Below are positions 28,537 through 39,963 of a stretch of 64,000 nucleotides of DNA, piece after piece. A program made the position numbers and the translations under genes. The stretch lies in NCBI GenBank assembly GCA_963800795.1, contig CAWDCJ010000012.1, positions 54,642 through 118,641 on the forward strand, given 5' to 3'. Numbering within the stretch: position 1 is the first letter of the stretch; every line of letters starts with the position of its first letter. This DNA is from an uncultured Chloroflexia bacterium (GTDB lineage Bacteria; Chloroflexota; Limnocylindria; Limnocylindrales; CSP1-4). The notes beneath the pieces are model-generated. The model did no database searches. It was given only the letters and a program-made list of their open reading frames with translations, and had not been told where the DNA came from.

Positions 28537-28820
28537 GCGCCGACGCGGAGGTCCGCTTCGCGGTCCGGCTCACGCCGCGGGGTGGCGCGGATCGCGTCGA
28601 CGGGGTCGGGGAGGACGGCGCCCTGCGCGTCCGGGTCTCGTCGGCGCCGGTCGACTCCGCGGCCAACAAGTCGCTCTGCCGACTCCTGGCGCGGGAGCTC
28701 GGCGTCGCGCGCTCCGGTGTCCGAATCCTGGCGGGCATGACCTCCCGCCGGAAGGTCGTCGCCGTCTCGGGGATCGACGCGCCGGCCGTCAGGTCGCGCT
28801 GGCCCGGGCTGGCCGTATAA
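28533..28820 (+). CDS. DUF167/YggU family protein; probable CTG start
   Basis: AVRLTPRGG, LRVRVSSAPVDSAAN, GMTSRRKVV; typical position after yggT. Confidence 0.85.
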   Translation: MSADAEVRFAVRLTPRGGADRVDGVGEDGALRVRVSSAPVDSAANKSLCRLLARELGVARSGVRILAGMTSRRKVVAVSGIDAPAVRSRWPGLAV

Positions 28821-28830
28821 TCCGCCGCAC

Positions 28831-28907
28831 GGGCGATTAGCTCAGCCGGTCAGAGCGCACGGTTCACATCCGTGAGGTCACTGGTTCGAACCCAGTATCG
28901 CCCACCA
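28831..28907 (+). tRNA. tRNA-Val(CAC)
   Basis: Acceptor GGGCGAT/ATCGCCC, D arm TAGCTCAGCCGGTCAGAGC, anticodon arm CACGG-TTCACAT-CCGTG, T loop GGTTCGAACCC, encoded CCA; TATAAT at 28816-21. Confidence 0.96.
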
Positions 28908-29030
28908 CAGTCCCCTGGACCCGCGTGCGGCGCGCGCAGGCCTGGCGCGCACGCTGGCGCGCGCCTATGGCCCAAAGCGATCCCCGGCATGAGACAGGAT
29001 GACTACTGGCTCGCGCCCCGGGTGGCTGGG

Positions 29031-29178
29031 TACAATTCCCCAGAGCTTCGTCGAAGCACTCGGGGCAGGGATCGCCTCAAGACATCCTCGGTGGCGGCTC
29101 CGTGGCCCGCCCCCGTTCGCTCGGTTCGGCCTGAGCTGCGGTCTGCCGCCACCAGCTGACCCCGAGAGGAGGGGACCC
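29031..29178 (+). promoter_or_regulatory. TACAAT promoter plus structured 5' leader resembling a c-di-AMP (ydaO) riboswitch
   Basis: Nested stems 29045-57, 29059-65/29160-66, 29068-88, 29090-98/29145-53; 3' CAGCTGACCCCGAGAGG; lies upstream of a muramidase gene. Confidence 0.5.
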
Positions 29179-30876
29179 ATCCACTCCCGTCGAGCGTGGC
29201 TCGCGAGCAGCCTGGCCCTCGTCGTGGCGTTGGCGGTCGTCCCCCTCGCGCCGCGCGTCGCCGCCGCGGACTCCGGCTCGAACTACGCCGCCAACTGCAC
29301 GGTCCGGCTCCGGGCGGCCCCCGCCACGTCGGCGACGTCGCTGGTGAGCATGCCGGCCGGCACGATCGTGACGGCGACCGGCAGCGTGGCCGGCGGGTCC
29401 TGGTCGGCCACCTGCGGGACGGCCGTCTCGGGGAGCACCTGGTACGCGATCAGCGCGGTCGACGGCACCAGCGTCACGACGCTCTACGGGGTGAGCGTGG
29501 CCTACGCCGCGGCAGGGCTGTTCACGCCCTCGAGCTCGCCACCCCCGCCACCCGCCGTCACCCTCGAGGGGATCGACGTCAGCCACTACCAGGGTGCCAT
29601 CGACTGGCCGAGCGTCGCCGCCGCCGGCAAGCGCTTCGCGATCATGAAGGTCACCGAAGGACAGACGTACGTCGATCCCGATGCTACGCGACCAATCACG
29701 CGGGTGCCCGGGCAGCCGGCTTCCGCGTCTCCGCCTACCATTTTGCGAGCCGTCCAACGACGCGGCGATGCCGTGGTCCAGGCGGACTGGTTCGTCAACA
29801 ACGCCGCGCTCCTGCCCGGGGACCTGGTCCCGGCCCTGGACCTGGAGCAGACCGGCGGGCTGTCGGTGAGCGACCTCCAGGCGTGGGTCGGCGCGTGGCT
29901 CGGGGAGGTCACCGCCAAGCTCGGCGTGCGGCCCATGATCTACGCCAGCCCCAGCTTCTGGACGAGCTCCATGGGCGACACGACGATGTTCGCCGACCAG
30001 GGCTACTCGGTGCTGTGGATCGCCCACTGGGGAACCTCCAGCCCGACGCTCCCCGCCGCCAACTGGGGCGGCCACGGCTGGACCTTCTGGCAGTACACGA
30101 GCACCGGCTCGGTGGCCGGGATCTCCGGCAACGTGGACCTCGACCGGTACAACGGCAGCGACCTGACGGGCGTCACGTTCGGCGCTGGCGCCCAATCCCC
30201 AGTCTCCGCGCAGGATGCCCCACCCGACGGGCCGCCGAGCGCCCCACCCGACGGGCCGCCGATCCTGGCCGCGATCGCCCCGGCCTCGGTCCCCCCGGGC
30301 GGCGGCGATGTAACCGTCACCCTGCAGGGGACGAGCTTCGCGGCCGGCATCTCCACCGCCTGCTGGAACGGGACGCCACTGACCACGACGTTCGTCTCCC
30401 CGACGCAGCTGGCGGCAATCGTGCCCGCCGGTCTGACGACCACGCTTGGGACGGGCTCGCTGACGGTTCTGAACCAGCCACCAGGCGTCGGGATGAGCGC
30501 GCCCGTCACGTTCACGGTCTCCCCGCCCTCGCCCCCGATCGTGATCGGCGCGGCGAGCGCGCTCGGCCTCCGTCCGGCGACCGGCTTCAGCGCGAAGACC
30601 CCCAAGGTCACCGCGCTGCGCACCTCCGTGACCTGGCGCTTCACCGGCGGCGCGGCGCTGGCCGGCCAGCGCGTCAACGTCCTGGTCGCGAAGAAGACGA
30701 ACGGCATCTGGGGCAGCCCGGCCTACCTCAAGTCGGCCTGGGCCGACGCGAAGGGTGTCGTGACGTTCTGGTCGACCGCCAAGACCGCCTCCACCATCAA
30801 CGTCCGCATCCAGTGGCCCGGCGATCCCGGCCATGGCGTGAGCATCTCGGGAGCGCTCGGCGCCTACTGGAGGTAG
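29179..30876 (+). CDS. Secreted GH25 muramidase with SH3b-like N-terminal, IPT/TIG-like and C-terminal beta domains; compensating frameshifts ~29690-29770
   Basis: Signal peptide ending VAAA-DSG; GIDVSHYQG, AIMKVTEG, SAYHFA (shifted frame), PALDLE, WQYT, VDLD; GTSF...TTFVSPTQLAA. Confidence 0.85.
   Translation: MHSRRAWLASSLALVVALAVVPLAPRVAAADSGSNYAANCTVRLRAAPATSATSLVSMPAGTIVTATGSVAGGSWSATCGTAVSGSTWYAISAVDGTSVTTLYGVSVAYAAAGLFTPSSSPPPPPAVTLEGIDVSHYQGAIDWPSVAAAGKRFAIMKVTEGQTYVDPDATRPITRVPGQPASASPPTILRAVQRRGDAVVQADWFVNNAALLPGDLVPALDLEQTGGLSVSDLQAWVGAWLGEVTAKLGVRPMIYASPSFWTSSMGDTTMFADQGYSVLWIAHWGTSSPTLPAANWGGHGWTFWQYTSTGSVAGISGNVDLDRYNGSDLTGVTFGAGAQSPVSAQDAPPDGPPSAPPDGPPILAAIAPASVPPGGGDVTVTLQGTSFAAGISTACWNGTPLTTTFVSPTQLAAIVPAGLTTTLGTGSLTVLNQPPGVGMSAPVTFTVSPPSPPIVIGAASALGLRPATGFSAKTPKVTALRTSVTWRFTGGAALAGQRVNVLVAKKTNGIWGSPAYLKSAWADAKGVVTFWSTAKTASTINVRIQWPGDPGHGVSISGALGAYWR
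30217..30262 (+). repeat. 24-bp-period tandem repeat encoding the APPDGPP linker
   Basis: GCCCCACCCGACGGGCCGCCGA at 30217 and 30241. Confidence 0.9.
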
Positions 30877-31085
30877 CCGCCCCGGGTCGCGTGCGGCACG
30901 AGGCAGCAGCGTCCCGCGGTCGCGGCGAGGCGGACCATCGCACGTCGAGGCCGGCCTGCACCGCGGGCACGTACAATCGTGATGAACGCGGCGGCCGGCT
31001 TGCCTGCGCCCTCGGAGGCCCGGCGCACACTGACGGCCGCGGCTCTCGAGCGTCACCGAATCCAACCTGGACGGAGCCTCGTGAC

Positions 31086-31741
31086 ATGACCGAACCACCT
31101 GCCACCGATTCCGGCGAGAACGCCCCCGACCGCGAGGACGAGATCGTCGACGGCGACGCGGCGACCCATCTCGAGGCCCTCGTCTCGGGCGCGGTCGCCC
31201 CTGCGGCGTCGGCGACAAGGGGGGAGGGTCTTCCGATGGAGCTCGTGGGCCAGCACCTCCGCCTGTCCGGCACGGTGTTCCTCGGCTTTCACCGCCGGCT
31301 CTCCGATTTCGTCAACAACCACGAAGGGCTGATCCAGATCCGCGACGTCACGGTGCTGCGCCGCAACGGCGATCCCACCAAGGTGACCTCGCCGAGCTTC
31401 TGGGTGAGTCCCGAGGAGGTGACGCTCATCGGGCAGGCCACCGACGTCGACGAGCGGGAAACGGGGGAGCCGAATTCATGCGAAAGCGCTCCTTCGACCT
31501 CATCGTCGTGACGCCCGGTCACACCCTAACCGGAGAGGTTCACCTCAACCCGGAGGCCCTCCTGGCCGCCTTCATCGAGTCGCCGAGCCCGCCCTGGATC
31601 CCGATGACCGACGTCCGGACCCGCTCGCTGGCGGACCGGCGGGTCATCTCGCGCTACGGTTTCGCTCTCGTGAACCGTCGCCACATCGTCGCGGCGACCG
31701 AGCTGCAGCCCGGCATGGTGCGAGGACGCGGCGTCCTCTGA
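31086..31741 (+). CDS. Hypothetical protein with two similar beta-rich domains (DUF6812-like); frameshift near 31478, or two genes
   Basis: Repeats LRLSGTVFLGFHRRLSDFVN and HTLTGEVHLNPEALLAAFIE...ALVNRRHI; GGAG SD; TACAAT at 30972. Confidence 0.6.
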
Positions 31742-31899
31742 GGTCGCCATCGCAGCGTCTCGGTCCGCATTCGCCGACCGAGCACTCCCCGGTCGCCTGC
31801 CACTGACGGGTGTCCAAGGTGAGCGCCCTCGTTCTGCATCCGGATGACCGACGTGGCACGATTCGCTCGACCAGTCCCGTTGCAGGCGAACAAACCGAG

Positions 31900-32787
31900 G
31901 TGGCTGCGATCGCGTTCCTCCGGTGGCTTCTGGGCCGGGACCGCTCCGACGCGCAGGTCGTGCCGCCGGTGGAGGACGCGGCGCCCACGCCGATGCCCGA
32001 GGAGCCGGTGCCCATCGAGGCGGTCGCCTGCCCGAATTGCGGCGTCGCCCTGGAACCTCCGCCGGAGCACTCACGACATTGCCCAAGCTGCCGACACCCG
32101 ATCGTCGTCCGGCACCTGGACGGGCGGGCGATCTACCTGACCGAGGCGGCTGTCACGATCTTCGAGTCCGAGCGCCGGCGCGAGCTCGACGAGCAGACCT
32201 GGACGCGTGAGCGGCAGCACTGGCTCCACCTGGCGCGGCTGTCCGGCGCCCCGCCCGACCGTCGACGCCGCCTGGCGACGCAGCGGCTAACCGCCGCCTC
32301 GGTGGCGGCCTCCCGGGCGCTGTACCTGGGCGCCGCCGAGCGGGCCGTCCGGGCGGCCCGGCGCGACAAGCGCTGGGACGAAGTGGCGCAGATCCGGCGC
32401 CGTCAGGCATCCGAGCTGTTCGCGGAAACCGGCAGCAGGTTGCCACCTTCCGACGAGGTGGTGGATCTCTACCGGGAGGGCGTGGCGGCCACGCTGCGGA
32501 AGATCGCCGAGCTGGGGCGCGAGGCCGAGCTCGTCGGGGCATCCTGCTGCAGCGCCTGTCGGGCCGACAACGAGCGGATCTTCCGTATCACCGACGAGCT
32601 GCGCACGCCCCGGTTGCCGCACGCCGGCTGCCCGCGGGGCCTGTGCGCCTGTGACTGGTGGCCCGCCGTGCACGATACCCGGCCGAGACGACGCCGGGCT
32701 CGTGCCGCGTCGGCATCGCATGCGGCCAGCGGAGGCGCCGCGGCCGACCCGACGGCGGGCGAGCTCCCGCCGAACCCGGGCGCCTGA
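31900..32787 (+). CDS. Hypothetical Zn-binding protein
   Basis: CPNC-x13-CPSC zinc ribbon; C-terminal CCSAC...LPHAGCPRGLCAC; start GTG 31900 or ATC 31909. Confidence 0.7.
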   Translation: MAAIAFLRWLLGRDRSDAQVVPPVEDAAPTPMPEEPVPIEAVACPNCGVALEPPPEHSRHCPSCRHPIVVRHLDGRAIYLTEAAVTIFESERRRELDEQTWTRERQHWLHLARLSGAPPDRRRRLATQRLTAASVAASRALYLGAAERAVRAARRDKRWDEVAQIRRRQASELFAETGSRLPPSDEVVDLYREGVAATLRKIAELGREAELVGASCCSACRADNERIFRITDELRTPRLPHAGCPRGLCACDWWPAVHDTRPRRRRARAASASHAASGGAAADPTAGELPPNPGA

Positions 32788-32942
32788 CGGCGTCGCGCTC
32801 CACGGCGATCCGGGACGTTCGCCCGCCCCCCAGGGCGCGTCGTGACCAGGCGAAGCTGGCCGCAGGAGGCGTCCACCGGTGTCACGTACCATCACCGGGT
32901 GCCAGGCGAGCCCGCATCCACGCAGCGCGCGGGCGCACCCCG

Positions 32943-33716
32943 GTGCTCGAGCTGACCGGAATCGGCGTCCGGCGCGGCGTGGCGTGGCTGCTCGCCGAGG
33001 TCACCCTTGTCGTTGGAGCCGGCGAGCGCTGGGTGGTGGTGGGGCCGAACGGCGCCGGCAAGTCCACGCTCCTGGCGGTGGCCGCGACGAGCCTCGCCCC
33101 GACGGTCGGCCGCGTGCGGGTCCTTGGTGCGGAGCTCGGACGTGTGGATGCCCGGACGCTCCGGCCCCGGATCGGCCTGACCAGCGCCGCCCTGGCGGAA
33201 CGCTTCGATCCGCGCCTGCGAGCGCGCGAGGTCGTGGTGACCGCACGGACGGGTGCGCTGGCGCCCTGGTGGGACGTCTACGCCGAGCGCGACCAGGCGC
33301 GAGCCCTCGAGCTGCTTCGCCAGCTCGGGGTAGGTGGAGTCGCGGAGCGCCCGTTTTTGACGCTCTCCACAGGAGAACGCCAGCGCGTGCTGCTGGCGCG
33401 GACTCTCCTGGCGGACCCTGACCTGGTTCTCGCGGACGAGCCCGCCGCGGGGCTCGACCTCCGGGCGCGCGAAGAGCTCGTGGGTGCCATGGCCGGGCAG
33501 GCGGCGCGTCGTCGACCACGCGCGATCGTGCTCGTGACGCACCACCTCGAGGAGATACCGCCGGGGTTCGGGCATGCGGCCGTGCTCGCCGGCGGTCGGG
33601 TGCTCTCGGCGGGCGCGATCGGCAGCGTGCTCGTGGACGCGACGCTCTCCGCGGCCTACGGCATCCCGCTGCGCGTCGAGGGTCGCGACGGCCGCTGGAC
33701 CGCCCGGCGCGCCTGA
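32943..33716 (+). CDS. Stand-alone ABC ATPase (YlmA/ModF-like); true start possibly GTG 32899 with an indel
   Basis: GPNGAGKST, LSTGERQR, LADEPAAGLD, VTHHLEE. Confidence 0.88.
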   Translation: MLELTGIGVRRGVAWLLAEVTLVVGAGERWVVVGPNGAGKSTLLAVAATSLAPTVGRVRVLGAELGRVDARTLRPRIGLTSAALAERFDPRLRAREVVVTARTGALAPWWDVYAERDQARALELLRQLGVGGVAERPFLTLSTGERQRVLLARTLLADPDLVLADEPAAGLDLRAREELVGAMAGQAARRRPRAIVLVTHHLEEIPPGFGHAAVLAGGRVLSAGAIGSVLVDATLSAAYGIPLRVEGRDGRWTARRA

Positions 33717-33761
33717 CGCGGCTGCGCCCGCCCGGCAACCCTGCGCCCGCCGCACCAGCCG

Positions 33762-36435
<2,674 letters not shown>

Positions 36436-36556
36436 GGGATCCTCGTTTGTTCGCTCGCGCGGCGCGGGGACCGGGGGGGCGCTACGCTGTCGAGGGGAAG
36501 AGTACCCCGCCGCGGCGCGGCCCGGCGTCGGCGGCGATCAGACCAAGGAGCCCACC

Positions 36557-37597
36557 GTGCGAGCCTGGAGCGATGCCACGCCGCCTCCTCCCGGTGACCC
36601 GCAGACGCTGAGCGAGGTACGGCGGGCGACGCCGCAGGGCGAGCCGGCGCTGCCCGCCGGCGCACACCGGCACGGTGACGAGGTGCACCTGGAAGCGCAC
36701 GCGCACCCGCACGTGGCCGCTCCCGAGGACGGCCGGCCGGTCATCGGGATCGTGGGCGGTGGGCCGGTCGGGCTCACCCTGGGGGTCGCGCTGGCGGCCG
36801 CGGGCTGGCAGGTGGGCGCGGTCGCCAGCCGAGACCCCGAGCGGCGCGAACGATTTCGCCGGCTGGTCCCTATGGCGCGCGTGTTCGTCGAGCCGGCCAG
36901 CATCCTCGACGAATGCCACCTCGCGATCATCGCCGTCCCCGACGACGCGATCGCGGAGGTCGCCGCCCGCATGACTCTCTACTCCGGGCAGGCGCTCGTC
37001 CACACCAGCGGCCTGCTGGGCACCGAGGTTCTCGCGGCTGCCCGGGCGGCCGGCACGTCCGGCGGATCCTTTCACCCGCTCGTGGCCTTCGCGGACGTCG
37101 ATCGTGCCCTGGAGGCCCTTCCCGGAGCGACCGTGGCGATCGAGGGCGACGCGGACATCCTGGACGTCCTCGTCGAGATGGCCGAGTCGATGGGGATGCT
37201 GCCCGTCCGGCTCAGCCCGGGCTCCAAGCCGGCCTACCACGCCGCGGCGGTGCTCGCGGCGGGCGGCCTGGTGGCGCTCCTGGACGTGGTCGCCGAGGTG
37301 GCCGCGCGGGCCGGCCTGGACGAGCGCGGGGCGCTGGCGATCTACGGCCCGCTGGCCGCCCAGGCGCTCGGCAATGCCCGCTCGCTCGGCATCGCGGCGG
37401 CCCTGACGGGCCCGGCGGTCCGCGGGGACGCGGGCACGGTCGCGGCCCACCTGGCCGCGCTCGAGGAGGCAGCGCCGGCGGCCCTGGGTCCGTATCGTGC
37501 CCTGCTGCGGCGCCAGGTCGCGATCGCCGAGTCGCGGCGCGGCCTCGCGCCGGAAACCGCAGCCCGTCTCCTCGCCGACCTTGCAGATCGCCGCTGA
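36557..37597 (+). CDS. Rossmann-like DUF2520 oxidoreductase (PanG-like)
   Basis: GGGPVG, AVPDDAI, HTSG, FHPL, YHAAA, LTGPAVRGD; AAGGAG SD before GTG. Confidence 0.85.
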   Translation: MRAWSDATPPPPGDPQTLSEVRRATPQGEPALPAGAHRHGDEVHLEAHAHPHVAAPEDGRPVIGIVGGGPVGLTLGVALAAAGWQVGAVASRDPERRERFRRLVPMARVFVEPASILDECHLAIIAVPDDAIAEVAARMTLYSGQALVHTSGLLGTEVLAAARAAGTSGGSFHPLVAFADVDRALEALPGATVAIEGDADILDVLVEMAESMGMLPVRLSPGSKPAYHAAAVLAAGGLVALLDVVAEVAARAGLDERGALAIYGPLAAQALGNARSLGIAAALTGPAVRGDAGTVAAHLAALEEAAPAALGPYRALLRRQVAIAESRRGLAPETAARLLADLADRR

Positions 37598-37608
37598 CGC
37601 GCTACGAT
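37581..37608 (+). promoter_or_regulatory. Promoter for a leaderless transcript (orf-NUDIX-gcv operon)
   Basis: TTGCAG, 16 nt spacer, TACGAT, then 6 nt to ATG 37615. Confidence 0.6.
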
Positions 37609-37614
37609 CTGCAC

Positions 37615-37935
37615 ATGAAGCGAAGCTTCGCCACGAGGTTCGCGGTTCGTCCGGCGGTCAGCTTCCCGACACCCCCACCGGGACTCCGGGAGCGCCGCCT
37701 CGGGCTCCATCGCCACGTCGGCTTCCAGGCCTCGACGGACCGCCCGACGATCGTTCGCCGGACGGACCTGGGACCGGTTGTCCTGCTGCGCTCCGACTGG
37801 CGCGTGGTCTCCTCGGCGCGCCCCAAGCGCGGCGCCGGGATCGCGGGCCCGCTGGCCGCCGTGCGCTGGGCGAAGCTCGAGCTCCGGAGTCCCGGTCGTC
37901 GCGTGCGCGCCGCATCGGCACCGTGGCGCGGCTGA
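37615..37935 (+). CDS. Basic hypothetical protein (106 aa)
   Basis: Leaderless-type ATG; stop overlaps the NUDIX start region; fills the gap. Confidence 0.55.
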   Translation: MKRSFATRFAVRPAVSFPTPPPGLRERRLGLHRHVGFQASTDRPTIVRRTDLGPVVLLRSDWRVVSSARPKRGAGIAGPLAAVRWAKLELRSPGRRVRAASAPWRG

Positions 37936-38378
37936 GGCGCGCCACCGCCACGTCGGCGGGCGGGATCGTCGTCCGCAGCATCGCTGGTGTTCCGCATCTC
38001 GTCGCCGGCCGCCGCCGCCGCGAACGGGACGGGAGTTCCTGGATGCTTCCCAAGGGAACCCCGAATCCGTCCGAGACGCTCGAGCAGACAGCGCTCCGCG
38101 AGGTTGCCGAAGAGACCGGGCTGGAGGTGCGCATCGTGGCCCCGATCGACCGGATCGAGTACGAGTTCATCCAGGGAGGCGCGAAGATCCACAAGACGGT
38201 CCACTTCTGGTTGATGGAGCCGATCGGCGGCGACCTTGCCCATCACGACGATGAGTTCGCCGAGGTCCGCTGGGTCCCGCTGGCCGATGCATCGGGGCTG
38301 CTGACCTTCGAGACCGAGCGCGCGCTGGTCGACCGAGCGGCCGGGATGGTCGCCGCCACCGACGAGTCGCGGCCATGA
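37923..38378 (+). CDS. NUDIX hydrolase (Ap4A hydrolase-like)
   Basis: SAGGIVV, WMLPKGTPNPSETLEQTALREVAEETGL, KTVHFWLM. Confidence 0.9.
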   Translation: MARLRRATATSAGGIVVRSIAGVPHLVAGRRRRERDGSSWMLPKGTPNPSETLEQTALREVAEETGLEVRIVAPIDRIEYEFIQGGAKIHKTVHFWLMEPIGGDLAHHDDEFAEVRWVPLADASGLLTFETERALVDRAAGMVAATDESRP

Positions 38379-39496
38379 CCCAGACTGCGCAGCCCGCCGG
38401 CTCGTCGCGCGCGACGCCGCTCCTGTCGCGTCACGTCGCGCTCGGCGCACGGATGATCGACTTCGGGGGCTGGTGGATGCCGGTCCAGTACACCTCGATC
38501 CTCGAGGAGCACCGCGCCGTCCGCGAACGGGCCGGGCTCTTCGACCTGTCCCACATGGGCGAGCTCTTCGTCGAGGGTCCCGATTCGGGCCCTGCGCTCG
38601 CCAGCGCGCTCGTGACGGACCCGCCGTCCCTGGCCGTGGGCCGCGCCCATTACTCCATGATCTGCGCCCCGGACGGCGGGGTCATCGACGACCTCATCGT
38701 GTACCGGCTGGCGGATGACCGGTTCCTCGTCGTCGCCAACGCCTCCAACGCGCCTGTGGTCTCCGATGCGCTCGCCGAGCGATTGGGACGCAGCCGCTCC
38801 ATTCTCGACGACCGTTCGCTGGCCACCGCGCTGATCGCCGTGCAGGGACCCGCGGCGTTGCAGATCCTGCGGCCGCTCGCCGACGTTGACCTGGCCGGCC
38901 TGCACTATTACGCGATTGCCGAGGGCACCGTCGCCGGCATCCCGGCGCTCATCGCGCGCACCGGTTACACCGGCGAGGATGGTTTCGAGGTGTTCGTCGA
39001 CGGCGCCGCGGCCCCGGAGCTGTGGGACGTCCTCAGCGCGGCGGGGGCCCAGGCTGGCCTCGTGCCGATCGGGTTGGGCGCCCGCGACACGCTCCGGCTC
39101 GAGGCCGGCATGCCGCTCTACGGCAACGAGCTGGACCGTGCCACGACGCCCTTCGAAGCAGGTCTCGGTCGCGTGGTCAAGCTCACCAAGCCGGGGCCGT
39201 TCGTCGGCCGGGAGGCGCTCACCCGCGCCGTCGAGACGGGTCCCCGCCGGTTGCTCGTCGGCCTCGTGGTGCGCGGGCGCGGGATCGCGCGCCACGGATA
39301 CCCCGTCTGGTCGGGCACGCGGCGGACCGGCGTCGTCACGTCCGGCACGCTCTCGCCGACGCTGGGCGTCCCGATCGCGATGGCATACGTGGCTCCGGCC
39401 GATGCCACGCCCGGTACGATGCTCGAAGTGGAGATCCGCGCGGCGCGGGCCGCAGCCGAAGTCGTTCCGCTCCCGTTCTACTCCCGGGCCCGATGA
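38375..39496 (+). CDS. gcvT: Glycine cleavage system T protein
   Basis: [46 protein letters not shown]. Confidence 0.96.
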   Translation: MTQTAQPAGSSRATPLLSRHVALGARMIDFGGWWMPVQYTSILEEHRAVRERAGLFDLSHMGELFVEGPDSGPALASALVTDPPSLAVGRAHYSMICAPDGGVIDDLIVYRLADDRFLVVANASNAPVVSDALAERLGRSRSILDDRSLATALIAVQGPAALQILRPLADVDLAGLHYYAIAEGTVAGIPALIARTGYTGEDGFEVFVDGAAAPELWDVLSAAGAQAGLVPIGLGARDTLRLEAGMPLYGNELDRATTPFEAGLGRVVKLTKPGPFVGREALTRAVETGPRRLLVGLVVRGRGIARHGYPVWSGTRRTGVVTSGTLSPTLGVPIAMAYVAPADATPGTMLEVEIRAARAAAEVVPLPFYSRAR

Positions 39497-39578
39497 CTCG
39501 CCGGGCCGCAGTGCGCGGCGGCGGAGCGGGCCTGGCTTGTGCGGCAGTGACCGCGTCAACACGGAGGTTTCCCGGCCG

Positions 39579-39959
39579 ATGATCCCGTCCGATCTGCGCT
39601 ACACGAAGGAGCACGAATGGGTCCGCGTCGCCGGGGACGAGGCGACGGTCGGGATCACCCAGCATGCCGCCGACCAGCTCGGTGACATCGTCTTCGTCGA
39701 GCTGCCCGAGCCCGGCCAGCGGCTGGAGCAGTTCGCGACGTTCGGGGTCGTGGAGTCGGTGAAGGCCGTGAGCGACCTCTTCGCGCCAGTGGCCGGGGAG
39801 GTCATCGAGGGGAACGCCAGCCTCGCTGCGACCCCGGAGGTCGTGAACAGCGACCCGTACGGCGCCGGCTGGATGCTGCGCGTCAGGCTCTCCGATCCCG
39901 CGCAGCTGGAGCAGCTGCTCGACCCGGCGGCCTATGAGGCGCTCACCGCGGAGGGCTGA
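39579..39959 (+). CDS. gcvH: Glycine cleavage system H protein
   Basis: YTKEHEW, GITQHA, lipoyl-Lys VESVKAVSD, NSDPYGAGW. Confidence 0.96.
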   Translation: MIPSDLRYTKEHEWVRVAGDEATVGITQHAADQLGDIVFVELPEPGQRLEQFATFGVVESVKAVSDLFAPVAGEVIEGNASLAATPEVVNSDPYGAGWMLRVRLSDPAQLEQLLDPAAYEALTAEG

Positions 39960-39963
39960 TCCG

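Noticed and set aside
28831-33716. Prophage or island integrated at tRNA-Val, with GH25 as an endolysin
   Set aside because: No integrase, no duplicated tRNA 3' end seen, no phage genes; the GH25 has a signal peptide and a host-type leader
37936-38375. Glycine riboswitch upstream of gcvT
   Set aside because: The region is NUDIX coding sequence; no GGAGA...CCGAAG...CTCTCAGG aptamer seen
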